A stretch of DNA of 64,000 bases from Ruditapes philippinarum (Eukaryota): the NCBI RefSeq assembly GCF_026571515.1, contig NW_026866645.1, forward strand, positions 62,001 through 126,000, written 5' to 3'. The position numbers were made by a program, and so were the translations under genes. The notes under the pieces were generated by a model that ran no database searches, was not told the DNA's origin, and was given only the letters and a program-made list of their open reading frames with translations. Each line of letters opens with the position of its first letter. Within the stretch, counting starts at the first letter, position 1. Of the stretch, positions 24,396 to 38,384 are shown piece after piece.

Positions 24396-24749
24396 AGTTT
24401 TCGTTACAATGTGAAAAGGCAAATGTCTGATAGATACTTATAAACTTTGAATGATAACGTTATCTAATTCAGCTAAGCAGAACAAAACCTGCTCCAGAAA
24501 GGCTGTATTGTGACCAGGGTTTGTCCCGTCTCCCAGCGTCTATCCGTACGGACATTATGGGATCATAAATATCTGTGTTCATTTCGTACATACTTGTACT
24601 TGTAGGGAAAATATTGCTTACGGGGTCCAAATACGTTGCTTATGGGATTTAAAAGTCAAATAAAATAAAAAGAAGAAGAAAATTCATACAGTCTACATAG
24701 GAAAACGTTCGTCGGTCACACTTATATTGACAACATCTTCTAAACCACT

Positions 24750-25165
24750 CGCTTAATTATATCAAAATTATATCAAACTGAGGATATGTTGCCTGCTTTT
24801 TAAATTTGTTTTTTTGCCGTCTTGTCTGTGATATGCAGGCTTCATAACCCCAGATCCCCTTCCAAAATTCCATTTTATTTAGTTCCGCCCATTGTTTTCT
24901 CGTTAAGGGTACACACATTATTTTACTTGGTGACCATACGCCGTCTTTCATGACACTACTGTGAACACATCTGGGGATGTTTTTAAATTTAAAATGTTAC
25001 CATTTTTGTGTTTAAATGTTGAATTCTGCTATAGCCGATGCAAGGGGGCGTGGACGGTATCTTGCACTTTCCAGTACCGTCCATGAACAGTCTCAATCAA
25101 ACCGAGCCTGCAACATTTTACAATTTTGCCGTGTTGGGCTTTTCTTTAGGCATTCTGTTTTTCTC
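24750..25165 (-). repeat. Dispersed repeat family (core AAATTGCAGGCTCGGTTTGATTGAG...CACGCCCC...GCACCGGCT). Other copies at about 12240-12740(-), 27590-27765(+), 43070-43230(+), 49080-49245(+), 56420-56590(+), 57540-57600(+)
   Basis: The same motif chain recurs at least 7 times; class unknown. Confidence 0.75.
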
Positions 25166-25694
25166 TATTATTACTAAAGATCCTTTGGTAATCATCTTTT
25201 AAATAATAATATTGTTAACAAATGTAATCACTTCAAAATTGTCTTACTTTGATAATTTAACTTCTACCAAAATTTTTCAAATCAAAGCCTTCAGGTTGAA
25301 TTTGGCCCCGCCCAAGGGGTCATGTATCGTATATCCTAAGTTTGTTCAAATCATGGCCCCCTATTTTCAATTGGTCCTGTCCCGGGATTTATTAAATGCA
25401 TTTAGTACAAACTCAGAATTCCTCTATAAATCAGGTAAGGGTTAGATATTCGACATGAATCATTGTTCTTTAGACCTCTACAACGATGTTAAAAGTTACA
25501 AAACTGCCCCCTCCCTGTACAAAAGATTAAGGTTTTTTATTATAATTATAGCAAAATCTTAGATGTATTCACCTTACCTTAAAGCTTAAAGCGTTGGTAC
25601 TTGGTATGAATCATTGTCTAGTACATGTCTACTAAAGTTGTTCTAAGTATGGTCCTTCGGCCCGATTTAACGTTATTTTTCTATTTTATTTATT

Positions 25695-25875
25695 ATTGTA
25701 CTTTTTGCGTCGAATCTACACTGTAGGTCATTGGGCGGCTTTTTTATCTTCACTGATGGAGGATGATTTGAGGTGCCCGTTTTTAACTTATTTCAGGCAT
25801 ACACGGGCACTCAATAGAACCATAAATGTTCCAAAATTGAAGAAAATATGGCATCGGATTCAATATAAGACCCTT
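25695..25875 (-). mobile_element. SINE fragment (Meta/MESC-domain-like). Related pieces at about 14095-14150(+), 35235-35285(-), 46975-47110(-), 60995-61135(+)
   Basis: GGGCACCT(G/C)A..TC(T/A)TCCTCCA...AAAGTCGCCATATGACCTA motif recognised from bivalve SINEs (from memory). Confidence 0.6.
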
Positions 25876-28399
25876 CACAATTTTTTCAACAAGTAATAAA
25901 TATTTCAATATTAGATAATATAAACAAATTAAATGAAGTGGTTGTGTTTTTTCCTATACACGTTTGAAATTTACTTACAAACTCGGTAGCCGATGAAGGG
26001 CCACTATCATGTCATTTCGTCTGTATCAAATATAGTCGATGTTTTCCCTGAGATTTTACAGTTGGTGCACTCAATTTATTGCGTATTTTAAAATAGCTTA
26101 TTAATAAGTAGTTTTAGATATGTTCCACTTTACGCGTCAGATTGTTCAGAGATAAAATTAATTGTTATTATCGCACCAAAATATAGCCTATTTAAACATA
26201 TTTGGTTAAAGATTATTCATCTTATGTTAGTGTATATTTTGATTATTTAAATTTGCGGTTAAGCATATTTATAGATTTTACATATCTAGAGTTGACTTCT
26301 AAAGTATTTCTTTTTACGGTCAACCCTCGACATTTCCAAATAATGTCTCGATTACACTGCGATTTTCCGTACTTCATCATGAACTAATCAGTCTTGTCTT
26401 GTGAGGAAACATAATCTTTGCTAACTTATAGGTATTTGATTCAGCTTTCTTTAGGTTAAGATACGAGCATCTTGTACACTGTTTCACGGAGAGAACAGAC
26501 TTAATTTTGATAAGAATGATAGATTTGCAAAGCTGGCAAACTTATTATTTGTTGTGGAAATTACTATTCATATTTAAATTATTGTCTTGTTTCACAGGAA
26601 AATGTCATGGATCACTCTTTCCGGTTCAATACCAAGCACATGTCTGGTTGGCTTTGTTGTTGGACTTGTAGTTTACTGGTTGTTACAAAAATGGAAATAT
26701 AATTATCCACCGGGACCTCCTGGACTGCCACTGGTTGGGAATGCACTGCGTAATTTGTTCAAAATTATTCTGTTCAAAATGTTTAATTCAAAATATATTA
26801 AAAAAGTGTTTTTATTTTTTTATTTATTTTTTTTTCATTTTGAAAAACTTATTTTTTCAAAATTTGATTGAGATGTTTTAATTTTTGAGTAGTTTTCAAA
26901 AAATCCCACCTGGATCATGAGTTGCTACTATTTTTTTTTCAGAAATCGATCCGAAAGGATTTTCTTAACAAGTGTTTGAATGGTCAAAGAAATATGGACC
27001 TGTGGTAACCATTCGCACAGGTAAAGCGTTTTTTCCCAATTTAATGTGAATAATGTATATTTTTGTATGTTTCACTTATTCGTGTGAATTGAGTAATATT
27101 TGTTATACAGAATGAAAAATTCTAATCGCTTTTTCTAAGCACTATAAATTAATTTTTATATTATCACAAGTATAAAACAGATTATATTATCAAAAGTATA
27201 AAACAGATTCCTTTCCAATTTTTGAAAATTCTGATTCAGCAATGTTTTGAGATAGTCCCTGACATGAATACGTGTTGACTTATCCATTACAACTCGTCTA
27301 GGTAGCATGGAAAGCATGCATCCCAATATTTTCATGTTTTGATGAGGTGTACGAGGGTTTTTCAAAAAGAAAAAGCATTGAGAGTCTTGCATATTCATAT
27401 TCCATCAAATTTAGAATATTTTCATATGTATAGGAATCGTAAAATGTTTTCTACAATTTATGCATAAGTTTATTACTTTATTGTGATGAACGCGCGTTTC
27501 ATGTGATATTGAATAACCATGGTAACACGCACCCGGCGCAGCACATAAACATAGTTAGTGAAGCTAAAAAAATCTGGAAACAAAGTGACCCCTCGCAAGC
27601 ATTAATCACAACCAAATTACATAAGAATTGCAAACTCGGTTTGATTGAGTCTGTACATGAGGGTTAATGAATACTTGCAACATCCCTCACGCCCCATAGC
27701 ACCGGCTGGAGCGGTACTCAATTCTCAACACTTAATAGTGCTGGTATCAATGATCCCGAAGGACCAGAAAAAATATAATAACACTGAATAAGTTGTACTT
27801 CTGGTTTATCAATAATTTATACTCTGGTTGTCCATATATTCAATCAACACATTTTATTTATATTGAAGTGACATTATATCTAAATTTGACATCATTTGGT
27901 CACGAGATGACATAATTATTTAGTTTTGAACAGCTGTGGTCATGTCATTAAATGCAGAAATACGGCATTCAGTAACAAACAGAAATTAGTGCGATCGGTA
28001 AAAAGTGCCAACAAATTGGCAATATTCTGTCAGATACATACAAAATAATAAAATTAAGAAAGGAAAATTATCCTGCTATCAGGACACACGTTTTCAGCTG
28101 GTACACTCAATTTAAAAACGGCGAATACAAAATGTCTCACAGGAACGTGTGAGGATAAAAGGACGTTAGTGAAAAGCGCTGTAAATGGATCGACGGTAAA
28201 CGGTACGCGGACTGTCCGGCACTTTTTATGTCTGCTTCAGGTCTACTTATTCACTTCTCACTAAAGGATTGTATATAAGACGTTTCTATCAAACACCTTT
28301 TTATTGTATTTCATTAGATATACTTGGTTTTAATAAATTAATATAATAATGATTAACGATAATGATTAGTAATATTTTTTCCCCAATTTTGTTTTAATA

Positions 28400-30200
28400 A
28401 ATGATACTTTTCAATCGACAAATATTGTCATTTTACCATGTTTACTGTATATAATCATATTGTTTTAGACACGTACGATAACATACATGTGTAAACATTA
28501 TTTTATTATGTCAAACAGTATTGTTGACTTGTCGAAATATGGTATTGACATGTCTAAACACTGCCTTATTTTCTCAGATCACCGTGCTTTTTTATCCAAA
28601 CTTTATGTTAACCTGCCTTAACACCGTTTCATTATGTGAAATAATGGTGGTATCTTTACAAATTATGGTTATGAACTGTTAAAACACTATTTTAATTTGT
28701 CAAACTGCCATGCTTTTATGTCCAAATGCAGATTCAACTTGTCTTTCTTCGTCTTATTATGCCAAATAGTCATATCATCTTGTCGAAACATGGTGATGAC
28801 TTGTCTAAAATTACTATCTTTTTGTCAGTGTCATTTTATTTTATCAAGGTTCGGTGTTATTTTTACTAAACATTGTCCTTTTATGGCAAAGTATCTCTTT
28901 TCCCTTTCAAATGTGGTGTTTACTTGTTGAAACACATTATCATTATGTTATACAGTGGCGTTGACTTGCTAGTTTATGACGTTAACATGTCTAAATGCCG
29001 TCTCGTTATGTCAGATAATCGTGTTATCCTGTCCAGATGCGATGTTGTCAAAATTTATTTCTTTGATTACAGCCCCCACCCCCTTCCCCCGTTCTCCTGT
29101 GCCCTTCCCCTTTGTGGGCCGATTATTCTTTTCTTTGAATTCCTAATCAGTTACAAATTATTTATCATTTAATGATTAACCTGTCCGTGCTCTGTCTTTG
29201 CACTGTCCTGTTTTTGTTTGGGGTCCGCCTTGGCTCCTTGCCACTGGTTCATGTGGCTGGGTCATATGGGGGTTGCGTTCATTGAACGCCGCCTTTCCTT
29301 GTTGATCTTGTTTATCATATTTTAGTATCACGTGATCAGAGCCCGCGCGGAGCGATAAGTGATAACGGGACAGTTAAGCAAAATCAGACAGCGCTTTCTC
29401 AAGACAGAACTAAATTTGAAGAAATTTACACAATTATTAGACATAATAAGACTGTTTCTGTGTTTTACAAGAAAGTATCAAAGTTCGACGATAAATTACT
29501 TCTGTTTTACATTATAATAAAGAGTTTAGACAAGTCATTACCACAGTCATTTCGACAAGATACCGCAATTTTTGACTTTATAAGACTGAGTTTTAACCAG
29601 TCAAAACTGCTTTTTGACAAAATAGCATACAGTTTATCATAATAAGGCATGATTTAGCCCAGTCAACACTCCATTTCGGCAAGATAATTCAAATATTTGA
29701 CATAAAAAGACAATTCAGTAGTGTACGTTGGCAAATTAACACAGTTGTTTGACACAATAAGACAATGTTTAGGCATTTTAACACCGTAAGTTGAAAAAAT
29801 AACATGGCAATTTTATAAAATAAAGCTGTGCTTTTAATAGTCAAAATCAAATATCGACAAATGAACACTACTGTTTCAAATGATCAGACAGTCTTTTGAA
29901 AAAACAGCTCCACAATTTGACAAAATAGCGCGTCTAGTTGACATAATATGGCACATTTCAGACAAGCCAAAAATACATTTTGACATGATAACACTACTGT
30001 TTGAAATAATTAAACAATTTTAACACACGTCAACATCATATTTTAAAGAGATAAGACTACTGTTAGGTATAATAAGGCAATGTTTAGACAAGTCGACAAA
30101 TTACAGTGGCATTACAACTCTTATATTTGACATAATAAGACGCTTTCTGGGCAAGATAAAAAAAAATGTGATAGCATGAGGCAGCTATGGCGTTCCATAC
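28400..30200. mobile_element. Old foldback-type element with opposed degenerate TTGTC/GACAA repeat arms
   Basis: Left part rich in ..TTGTC.. units, right part in ..GACAA.. units, GC-rich centre about 29330-29370, end GCTATGGCGTTCCATA. Absent from copy A intron 2. Confidence 0.55.
29056..29324 (+). mobile_element. Short 3'-terminal fragment of the Naiad-like element, nested in the foldback element
   Basis: Close reverse complement of 14316-14582. Confidence 0.8.
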
Positions 30201-30208
30201 ACTTCGAT

Positions 30209-31092
30209 ATGGCGAAGGCAAACATTAGGCGGCATTTGACGGAAGCAGGAAGTATGTAGGGATGATGCAACAGGGGACCACTTTTAGCCAGGTTGGTGCG
30301 GCGCTTGGGTTACACCACATCGTCATCGCGGGAACCAGGAAGAGATACTTGCTACATGGTACACCCGCCAGGAGGCATGCTGGAGGTCGGCAAAGGGTCA
30401 TAACACAAGATCAGTATCGGTTTTTGGTCGTTCAGACACGTCGTACAAGGTTTTCGACAGCAACTTCTCTTCGAAATGACCTTGCTAATGCTGCGGGGTC
30501 CGTGTTTCCACGCAAATGATACGTAAAGGCTGCGCGTTCAAGAAGACTTTGCATAGGTATCCCCTTGACGAGACGACATCGCCAATCCCGTTTGGAATGG
30601 ACCATTGAGCATACACGGTGGACAATGCAACACTGGTGACACGTTCTGTTTACTGATGAGTCCAGATTCTGCATAGACTTCACAAATAGGCGTGCTAGAG
30701 TCCGGTTTCAGGCTGCAAATATTCCTGAGCATGACAGCTACGGAGTTGGGTCAGTTATGGTGTGAGAGGGCATCAGCTGGGATGGACGAACCAAACTGGT
30801 TGTCCTAATAGAAGCACATTGACAGGGCAGCGATACATAGACAACATCTTAGACAAACAGATAAGGTTGAATGCTGGAACAGTCGGCGATCAGTTCATTC
30901 TAATGCAAGAAAATGCTTGCTCCCATAGGGCCAGAGTGGTCGGAGACTACATAGAGAGTGGGTCTATTGGGCGCATGGACTGGCAAAATCGCTCACCTGA
31001 CTCTGACTTAAATCCAATAGAACACGTGTGGAATGAGCTGCAGGTTAACATATCAGCTCGTCAGCTGCAACCCATGAACATCCAGGAGCAAA
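30209..31092 (+). mobile_element. Tc1/mariner (DD34E) transposase pseudogene in CYP copy B intron 2
   Basis: HTH region with GRQRVIT, HVLFTDESRF, SVMV*EGIS, FILMQENACSH, WQNRSPD..LNPIEHVW; stops and frameshifts. Confidence 0.9.
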
Positions 31093-33880
31093 AATTGAGT
31101 AGTATATATAACTTTTAAATCTTCTGCTCAGTCGTGTTTACAATTCAAAGACATAAATAACGATTCACTAAATAAACACAACCCTGACTTCATTGATTTA
31201 AATATCCTTAATGTCGTTATCCCCTCCCTCGCTACGTGCATGTCATTAAGATGCACATGATTAAAGCTCCACTGCATCGTTTAAGGCGGCACAACTTAGT
31301 TTGTGTGAAGGTAGGAATGGACTAAAAGGTGGCAGAGACAACTAGAGAAGGTTCCTAAATGCTTGAGCTCTAAGTACGAGAGAAGGCTTGAATTGCGGTG
31401 CCCTTTGATGGCCACAGCGCTAACGCCCTTCATTATTGCCACTTGTTAATGAACGTGAAGGTTCTCACCTACGGTTATACAGTGACCTACGTTCAGCTAA
31501 GAATTCATTACTTTGGCTAATACCCTATGGAAGTTAAACTGAGGATCGTCTTTCTGCTGGTAATATGTCCTCTTTGAGAATTTTGCTGGATGGGCCCTCA
31601 TTAAGCATAGACTATATACATACACAGAATTGAATTCTAAAAAAAAACGGGCAATGAGTTTTAAGCCCTTTATGACTGATAGGTTGCCTTTAATTGTTGA
31701 GGCGTAAAAAGTACAGCTTCTTCTTAACCCTGCGTGATCGTAAGAAGGGATTAAATTGCTTTGATTTTCGTAACACTCGAGGTTAGCCAAAATCAACTTT
31801 CCTGTTTAGACTCCATATGACCTAAACCAAACAAACGGAAATTTGTAAGAGTACAACAAGGGTTGCTATATGTTATCATCAAATAATCACAATCATCGTC
31901 ATTATGATTACCTAGTTTACCTACATCATCATCATCGATCATAATTATCAAAGAATAAATGTTAGAATGTTTTCATTTGAATATAAGACTCCATGGTACT
32001 TTTTAGGTCCTGTACATTTTATAACTGTGAATACAATAGAAACTGCCTTAGAAGTACTTGTAAGAAAATCTACAGATTTTGCTGGGCGTATGTTGACACC
32101 ATCAGGTAAGTTATTGTCAAGTTTTTTTTTACACCATGTTAGTATGTTATCTTAAAGTTGACAATTTAATTTTAAAGTTAATACACTTGTTTTATATCTA
32201 TAAATTTATTCTGTTATTAAAGACGGTCAATTACACCTTATCGTCTCAATTTAAAATCAATATTGTCTCAAACTATACATGTTTAATACGTTATATAGCA
32301 CCATAACTTGATAAAAATTGGAAACTATACGTTTTATGACGCGGTAAAATAAGATGGAGAAAACGGACTCCCTAAATCTACAATATTGCATGCCAAATTT
32401 TATTGAGCCGTTTCAATGGGTTTTCAGTAAAATGTTTCTTAGTACGCGTCTCTTTGCGCCGGTTTTAGTAGAATTAATTTAAGATTTAAACATGTGTATA
32501 CCAACAAAGTGGCAACTGAATATTTATTGTATACGCAACAACACTATTTGGTTTTACACCTGGGAATCAAATATATACCTTTATGACATGATACCCTGTT
32601 AATTTAATTATTTAGCATTGAGATAAACAATATCGAGTATCACTCTGACAGCACGGAATGTCCAATCATTTTTCAACAGAGAAAAATTAAAAGTAAAAAA
32701 CAAAAAGTTCATTTCCCCATTTTTCGGCACGCTGCTTGCACTGAAGTCAACATTTGACTAGTGAATAAATATTTATTTCTTGTAATTTATGTTTTCCCCG
32801 GACATTGGTCACTTTGTAACTTTTGCTTGCAACAAGTGACTGGAAAGAACTATACCCTAATAACTAAATCACACTCATTTGTTTTTTTTATACGAATTGG
32901 TGTTTTCCCTTACTTCAATAATATCTGATCACTACAAGGTTGTTCTAAATGTCAATTTCGTCAATGTCAATTTTTATTGACGACATAAAGAAAAGAAACT
33001 TGGCTTTGTATGTAGTCATACAACTGTTACTTATTTTACTTATTAGTACATCAAATTCATCTTTTATGTGTATCTAATCTTTTTATTCTTATACATATAT
33101 ATGATTACAAAAAGGAGAAACACTGAATCCCTAAAGAACGCTCAAACCGACACAATTTTGCATGCATTGAATATGTGTTCTCATCATTTATAATTGTGTT
33201 TTCTTTTTCAAAGTTGATAAGCTATCAAGTGGAGGGAAGGACATTGTTTTCAGTAGTTACAGCCCAACATGGAAACTTCATAGGGCAATTGCAACAAATG
33301 CTTTACGGTAAAAATTATAGTCAAGTGTTTGAAAATTTATTTGTTATTCACTTTATTGATAAGCTGTGTTCTAGAACCAGCTGTTTGCCCAGCAGAGCCA
33401 AATACACTATATGCATAATTATAATCATAGCCAATATATATTTTAAGCATTTCATAAAATCCTCACAAGTATCTATGGACTAAGGATTCGAATGACTTAT
33501 GTACTACGAGATAAGATATAAAGTGCTCTTCTTACTCTTTACAGGCATTACATGAAAGGTAACGCTTTACAAACGCGCGTTCATGAAGCTATGAAGACAA
33601 CATTTGTTGAGGTGGACAAACTACAAGGTGAATTCGATCCTGTAGAATATATCAACTTTATAGTGGGTAATATTCTCACTGGATTTTGTTTCGGAGGAAA
33701 GTATGTACTCTACTATATTGTTTGACATCTTCTCTTATTAAAATATACATTTTGAACGATAATGACACTTGCCGAAAACATTCTGCTTCTCGTTTGTCCC
33801 CCATATACTATGACTCGCCTTTTAAAGAAACAACAGAAACTGTTATAGGAATATTGTTTTGGTGTGTAATGCACGTCGAA

Positions 33881-34140
33881 GAATGAATGAATGAATGATT
33901 TTCTTTAGACCAGGCGGATAACCTAGGAAAGTGCAAACGCTTATTTCAAGTTGGGTCATTTCTTCAGCAGACTCCAGAGACAGCTATGAGATATCAAGGA
34001 ATCCGGGAACCAGTCCTAACTCTTATTAAAAAGACCCCTTGGTTCTTTTAAATGCCCAGTGTATAGCAATGATACATGCAAGGATTACTTGGGGTTTTTT
34101 ATCAGTTTACCTCTAGGTAAGTGGGAAAAGATGCAATGTA
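33881..34140 (-). mobile_element. SINE-like insertion with (CATT)n tail, specific to CYP copy B intron 5
   Basis: Absent at the homologous copy A site (about 1200). GAATGAATGAATG tail and CACTGGGCATTTAAAGAACCAAGGGG motif on the minus strand. Confidence 0.55.
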
Positions 34141-36264
34141 ATCATTAACCTTTGGTTGTGGGTCCAGGAGCGAAAAGATAAAGTAACGATACCATTGCTA
34201 AAGAAAAGGACCTGTAGCCTAGGGCATTTTTATCATTTTCCATGTCCCTGCAGGAATTTAGTTCCCTCTAAAATCGCTAAAGAGTCAAAGAGTATCGAGT
34301 ATAGTTTGACAACAAATCAAAATTAAATGGAAAGGGAGAGAAACAGATACAATCAACGTGTTGTATATATACTATATACCATTTCATATATTATTAAATG
34401 AATGTCTTTTCATATATTTAATGATATAATAATAGAATTATTGCATTTATTTATCACTGTAGTCTATCAACAGTCACAATCAAAAATAACTTTTCACAAT
34501 TACAATTTTGCAGTGTTAATTGTTCTTCAATGTTTCTGTTTTATCTACTATATTTCATGCATGGCATGTACATATCATTTGACAAAAGGTACACATTTGA
34601 GGATAAAGAGGTGCATTATATACTAGAGAAGAGAGATCTTCTCTTTGATAAGCTTGGACTTGGAGCAGTGGAAGATTTTATTCCGGGACTTAAAATATAT
34701 TTACAAATCAGATGCAACAAAATCCCTAGAAGAATTCGTTCACGAGGTTTTTGATGTTTATATTTCAAACAAACTAAAGGAGGCGGTTGAAACATTTGAT
34801 GAAGGTATCATAATGATAAATAGCAGAGTACCAACCGTATAAATATTTGGTTTAGACTTTAAAGAAGCGCGCCTCCAGATTCATGCTTATTTGGATGCAA
34901 CTTTTCAAGATATATTACAAAGTATACTAGTATATCGTCAAGTGAACAATGGAAGTAATTAAACCATTGCAAGTGGTACCTAAAATATACGAAATCTACC
35001 AAAAAAATATCGAATATGGAAAAATCGTCCTTATTGCGTTAGTCAAGTAGTAAAAATGTTGTCATAAATACTGCAAAATCAATCATCAGATGTATACAAC
35101 TTGTTAATTATATCTTGAATTATGAATATTTTCACTTTTAAAATAACTTTGTACATTTTTCCATATGTTGATTTCTTTTACAATTTTATTTTGCTCATCT
35201 GGAGGCATGCGGCTTTAAGTCAAACTTACAATATACAATGTTTTATGGCGACGTAACATCTTTACTGAGGTCGGCAAGCTTCAAATATCTCGACCTTTTT
35301 AGTTTAACAATAGACTTCTGTTTGAGTAAAACAATTATAGCCTTCTGTAAGCTTGTATCATAATTTATCACATTCAAAGTTCCAGTCTGGATTCAAAATT
35401 GCAATAGTAAAAGGCAAGTGTTTCAACTCCCGCAGCCACAATCACTCTCACGGTGGAACATCTGCAGTTACATGTATGACTCTGTGAAATGCTTATTCTC
35501 TCATCAACATACCAAAGTAAAAAACGACCGTCTTAAAATATGACATCATACAAAAATCACAGTTATGATATACAGATTTTCCTTTCGGAAAAAATCTTGA
35601 AATATAGTTCCATTAGTATAAACCGAGATGTTCGCCAGTTTGTTGCATAATTCTTGTGTTCATTTCCAGATAAGATACGTCATTTTACCGACACACTGAT
35701 ACTCGCCCGTAAAGAGGCGCTGGCGAAGGATGGTGTCGATGCTAATTCTTTTACCGAACAGCGTCTAGCAATGACAATAGCGAACATTTTCTTTGGTAAA
35801 AAGCTTTTTTTGTTTCTGTTTTTCGTTTTTGTTGTTGTTTTTTTGCACTTTCGACTTCATCGAGTTTCCTTTAAAATCCAAATGACGAGAAGCCATTTTC
35901 TTTGTTCTTTCCAACAATAAAATGATTTTCAAATGATTTTCTAAATAAAGCTGTCCAATGTTCTAATGCTGGTCACAATTAGGGAGGGATTAAGGGGTAA
36001 TTACATGAACAATGAAAATATCCAACGCCCATTAGACTATCATTAAATGTCAAAAGTCAAATATAATAGAGCGATGGATTTAATAAGATATAAAACGAAT
36101 GGGATTACGCTTTTTACTTTCCTAAACTCTTTTCGATCAGAAAAGCAATGGCAGAGCAGATCTACATGCTCACTGCTCGAAAGGAATCTTTACGATATGA
36201 ACTTAGTTTCATATTTATTTATTAAGAAGTTTGTTTAAGATTATATCTGCGATATACCGTACCC

Positions 36265-38162
36265 TGGATATTGCTTGATATTATGAGGACTTTCATCCCA
36301 TTTCGCGACTTTGAACGGGAAACAAAGGTAAGTTCAGCCATGATATTTTGTCAATTTGAATTTGTTTGATATAAATTTTATAGAAAAACAACTACTTCGA
36401 TAGGTTCTCTAGTTACTGCAATGTTGGAAATAGCTTTAAAATGTAATTAGGGGGTAAAATTCGTCTCTTTGCTCACATTATAAATGAGCTCGGATCAGTC
36501 AAATTTGATGTTTTTGTGCATATACTTCATTTAAAAGAAAATCTTGAATCGAATCAATTGTGATAACGATGATAATGTTTATGTTGTATATGTTCAATCA
36601 ACAATTGAATCCCAGTTTACAGCGCATTTTTAGAATAAATACACATGTCAGTGTCACGAGTATTGCTTTTTAGTGTAACGAGTATTGGTAATTAATATCG
36701 AGTAAATGCGAGGAGTAATAACAGGGCATTTACCACATTCAATACTAAAAATTTCTTATTGTGTTTACTTATTGACACTATATATGTGCAGAATATGCAG
36801 AGTTCGGATGTACGTTACTGGAAACATCTGCAAATAATCCATAGACTGTGAGATTTTCATTCCTGATTATGAAAGAAGTCTGCAATGTCCTGTGTTTACA
36901 AAGTCCTCGTTGCTATCAAAGAATCAACTTTTTCAGAATTTATTAATAATTATTGCATATCTTACTATCAATAGAAACGAAATTAAATTGCATTGAAAGT
37001 GCATTGATGCTGCCTCAAGATTGTCAATATTAGCCGGTATTGGGCAAGTGTGTCAATATCTGATATCAACCCACTTCCTACTATTCCAGAAATCCATATA
37101 AAGGTAACTTTCGGTCATTTTACACCTGTATTCTAGCAACGGCAGACCGTGAAATGTGTTAGTCATTAGCCATGAGTTATGACTGCCGAGCGGGTACAAC
37201 AGTCTGAAACCGAAAAATGAATTTTGATAAGATTATGATACAGGATAGCACATGCAATAATAAGGTTATGATACAGGGCAAGTTTACCTAAAGCCGAAAC
37301 CGGAATACTTGGACGGCAGTGGCCCTCGGGCCAATATTTTACTAAATGTATCGATATCTTTCTTAAGGCGCTCTTGCCCTCTAAAAAACTCTAAATATGT
37401 TTTTTTTTTCTATTTAGAGATTTGTTTTCCTGATCACAGTTTCTTGAGACATGTATTTAAAGATTTTGATTTCAATTTTGATGGTTCTACCCTGCTTCCG
37501 ACAAAGTTCAGGCGTTATCTTATAAGCACCCACTTTAATGTCATCCTCATTAACACGCTTAAACTTTATTTCATCAGAGGTGTGATTTTCAATGAAATCT
37601 CTGTATTTGTCCGTAGAAAAAGAACAGTAATAACACTGAAACTGCATTGTTTAGTCGAAATATTTGAATAGATATCATAAACAGTACATTATCAGCAAAA
37701 TAAAATGGCCTAATCGATAAACAGACGAAAATATTTCACAAAAATATCGATTTTTCATTCTAATTTGCTCATTCTGTTTTGCAATACTCTGTACACTAAA
37801 ACCTAATACTCGGTACACTTCGGTAATTTGGACTAAGCATACTTGAATTATGAATAATAAAAATTGCTCGATTCATTCTTTTTTATCATGGTAATATAAT
37901 TATTGCTAATGGTTCTACAGTATCGAGGTCAATATTTTCTAGTGAGCAGCCGATCGTTTAGAGGTAGTTTAATCAATTTTACAAATACCTGTTTTACTTT
38001 GATGTCTTTAAGAGCTACAAGAAGTACCTCTGGATATTTAAAACCCGTTGAGATAATCAAAATAGCCATTAGTTTAGAAAATATTGTTTCTGAACTTACC
38101 TACTTTCCCCGTTCAAAGTCGCGAAATGAGATTAAAGTCCTCACAATATCGAGCAATATCTA
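36265..38162. mobile_element. Non-autonomous TIR element (~1.9 kb) in CYP copy B intron 7
   Basis: Imperfect TIRs of about 73 bp at 36265-36338 and 38090-38162; ends 23 nt before the exon 8 start. Confidence 0.8.
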
Positions 38163-38384
38163 AAATAGGTACGTTTAAATTTTAGCTGGTATAGACACAT
38201 CAAGGTATACACTACAAGGCACAATACTTTACATGGTGGCCTTTCCTGATATACAAGAAAAGGTTCAAGAAGAGATAGACAGGGTCGTTGGTGAGATGAT
38301 AATATTCCTTACATTTTCTTTAAAGATTTTTTAAACAAAATCGCATTTCCCCCGAAATGTAATATTTCTTTGAAATAATTCATT

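Noticed and set aside
26966-26968. Selenocysteine read-through rescuing CYP copy B via the nearby SECIS
   Set aside because: The stop is TAA, not TGA. The SECIS is on the other strand in an intron of copy A, and a frameshift follows anyway.
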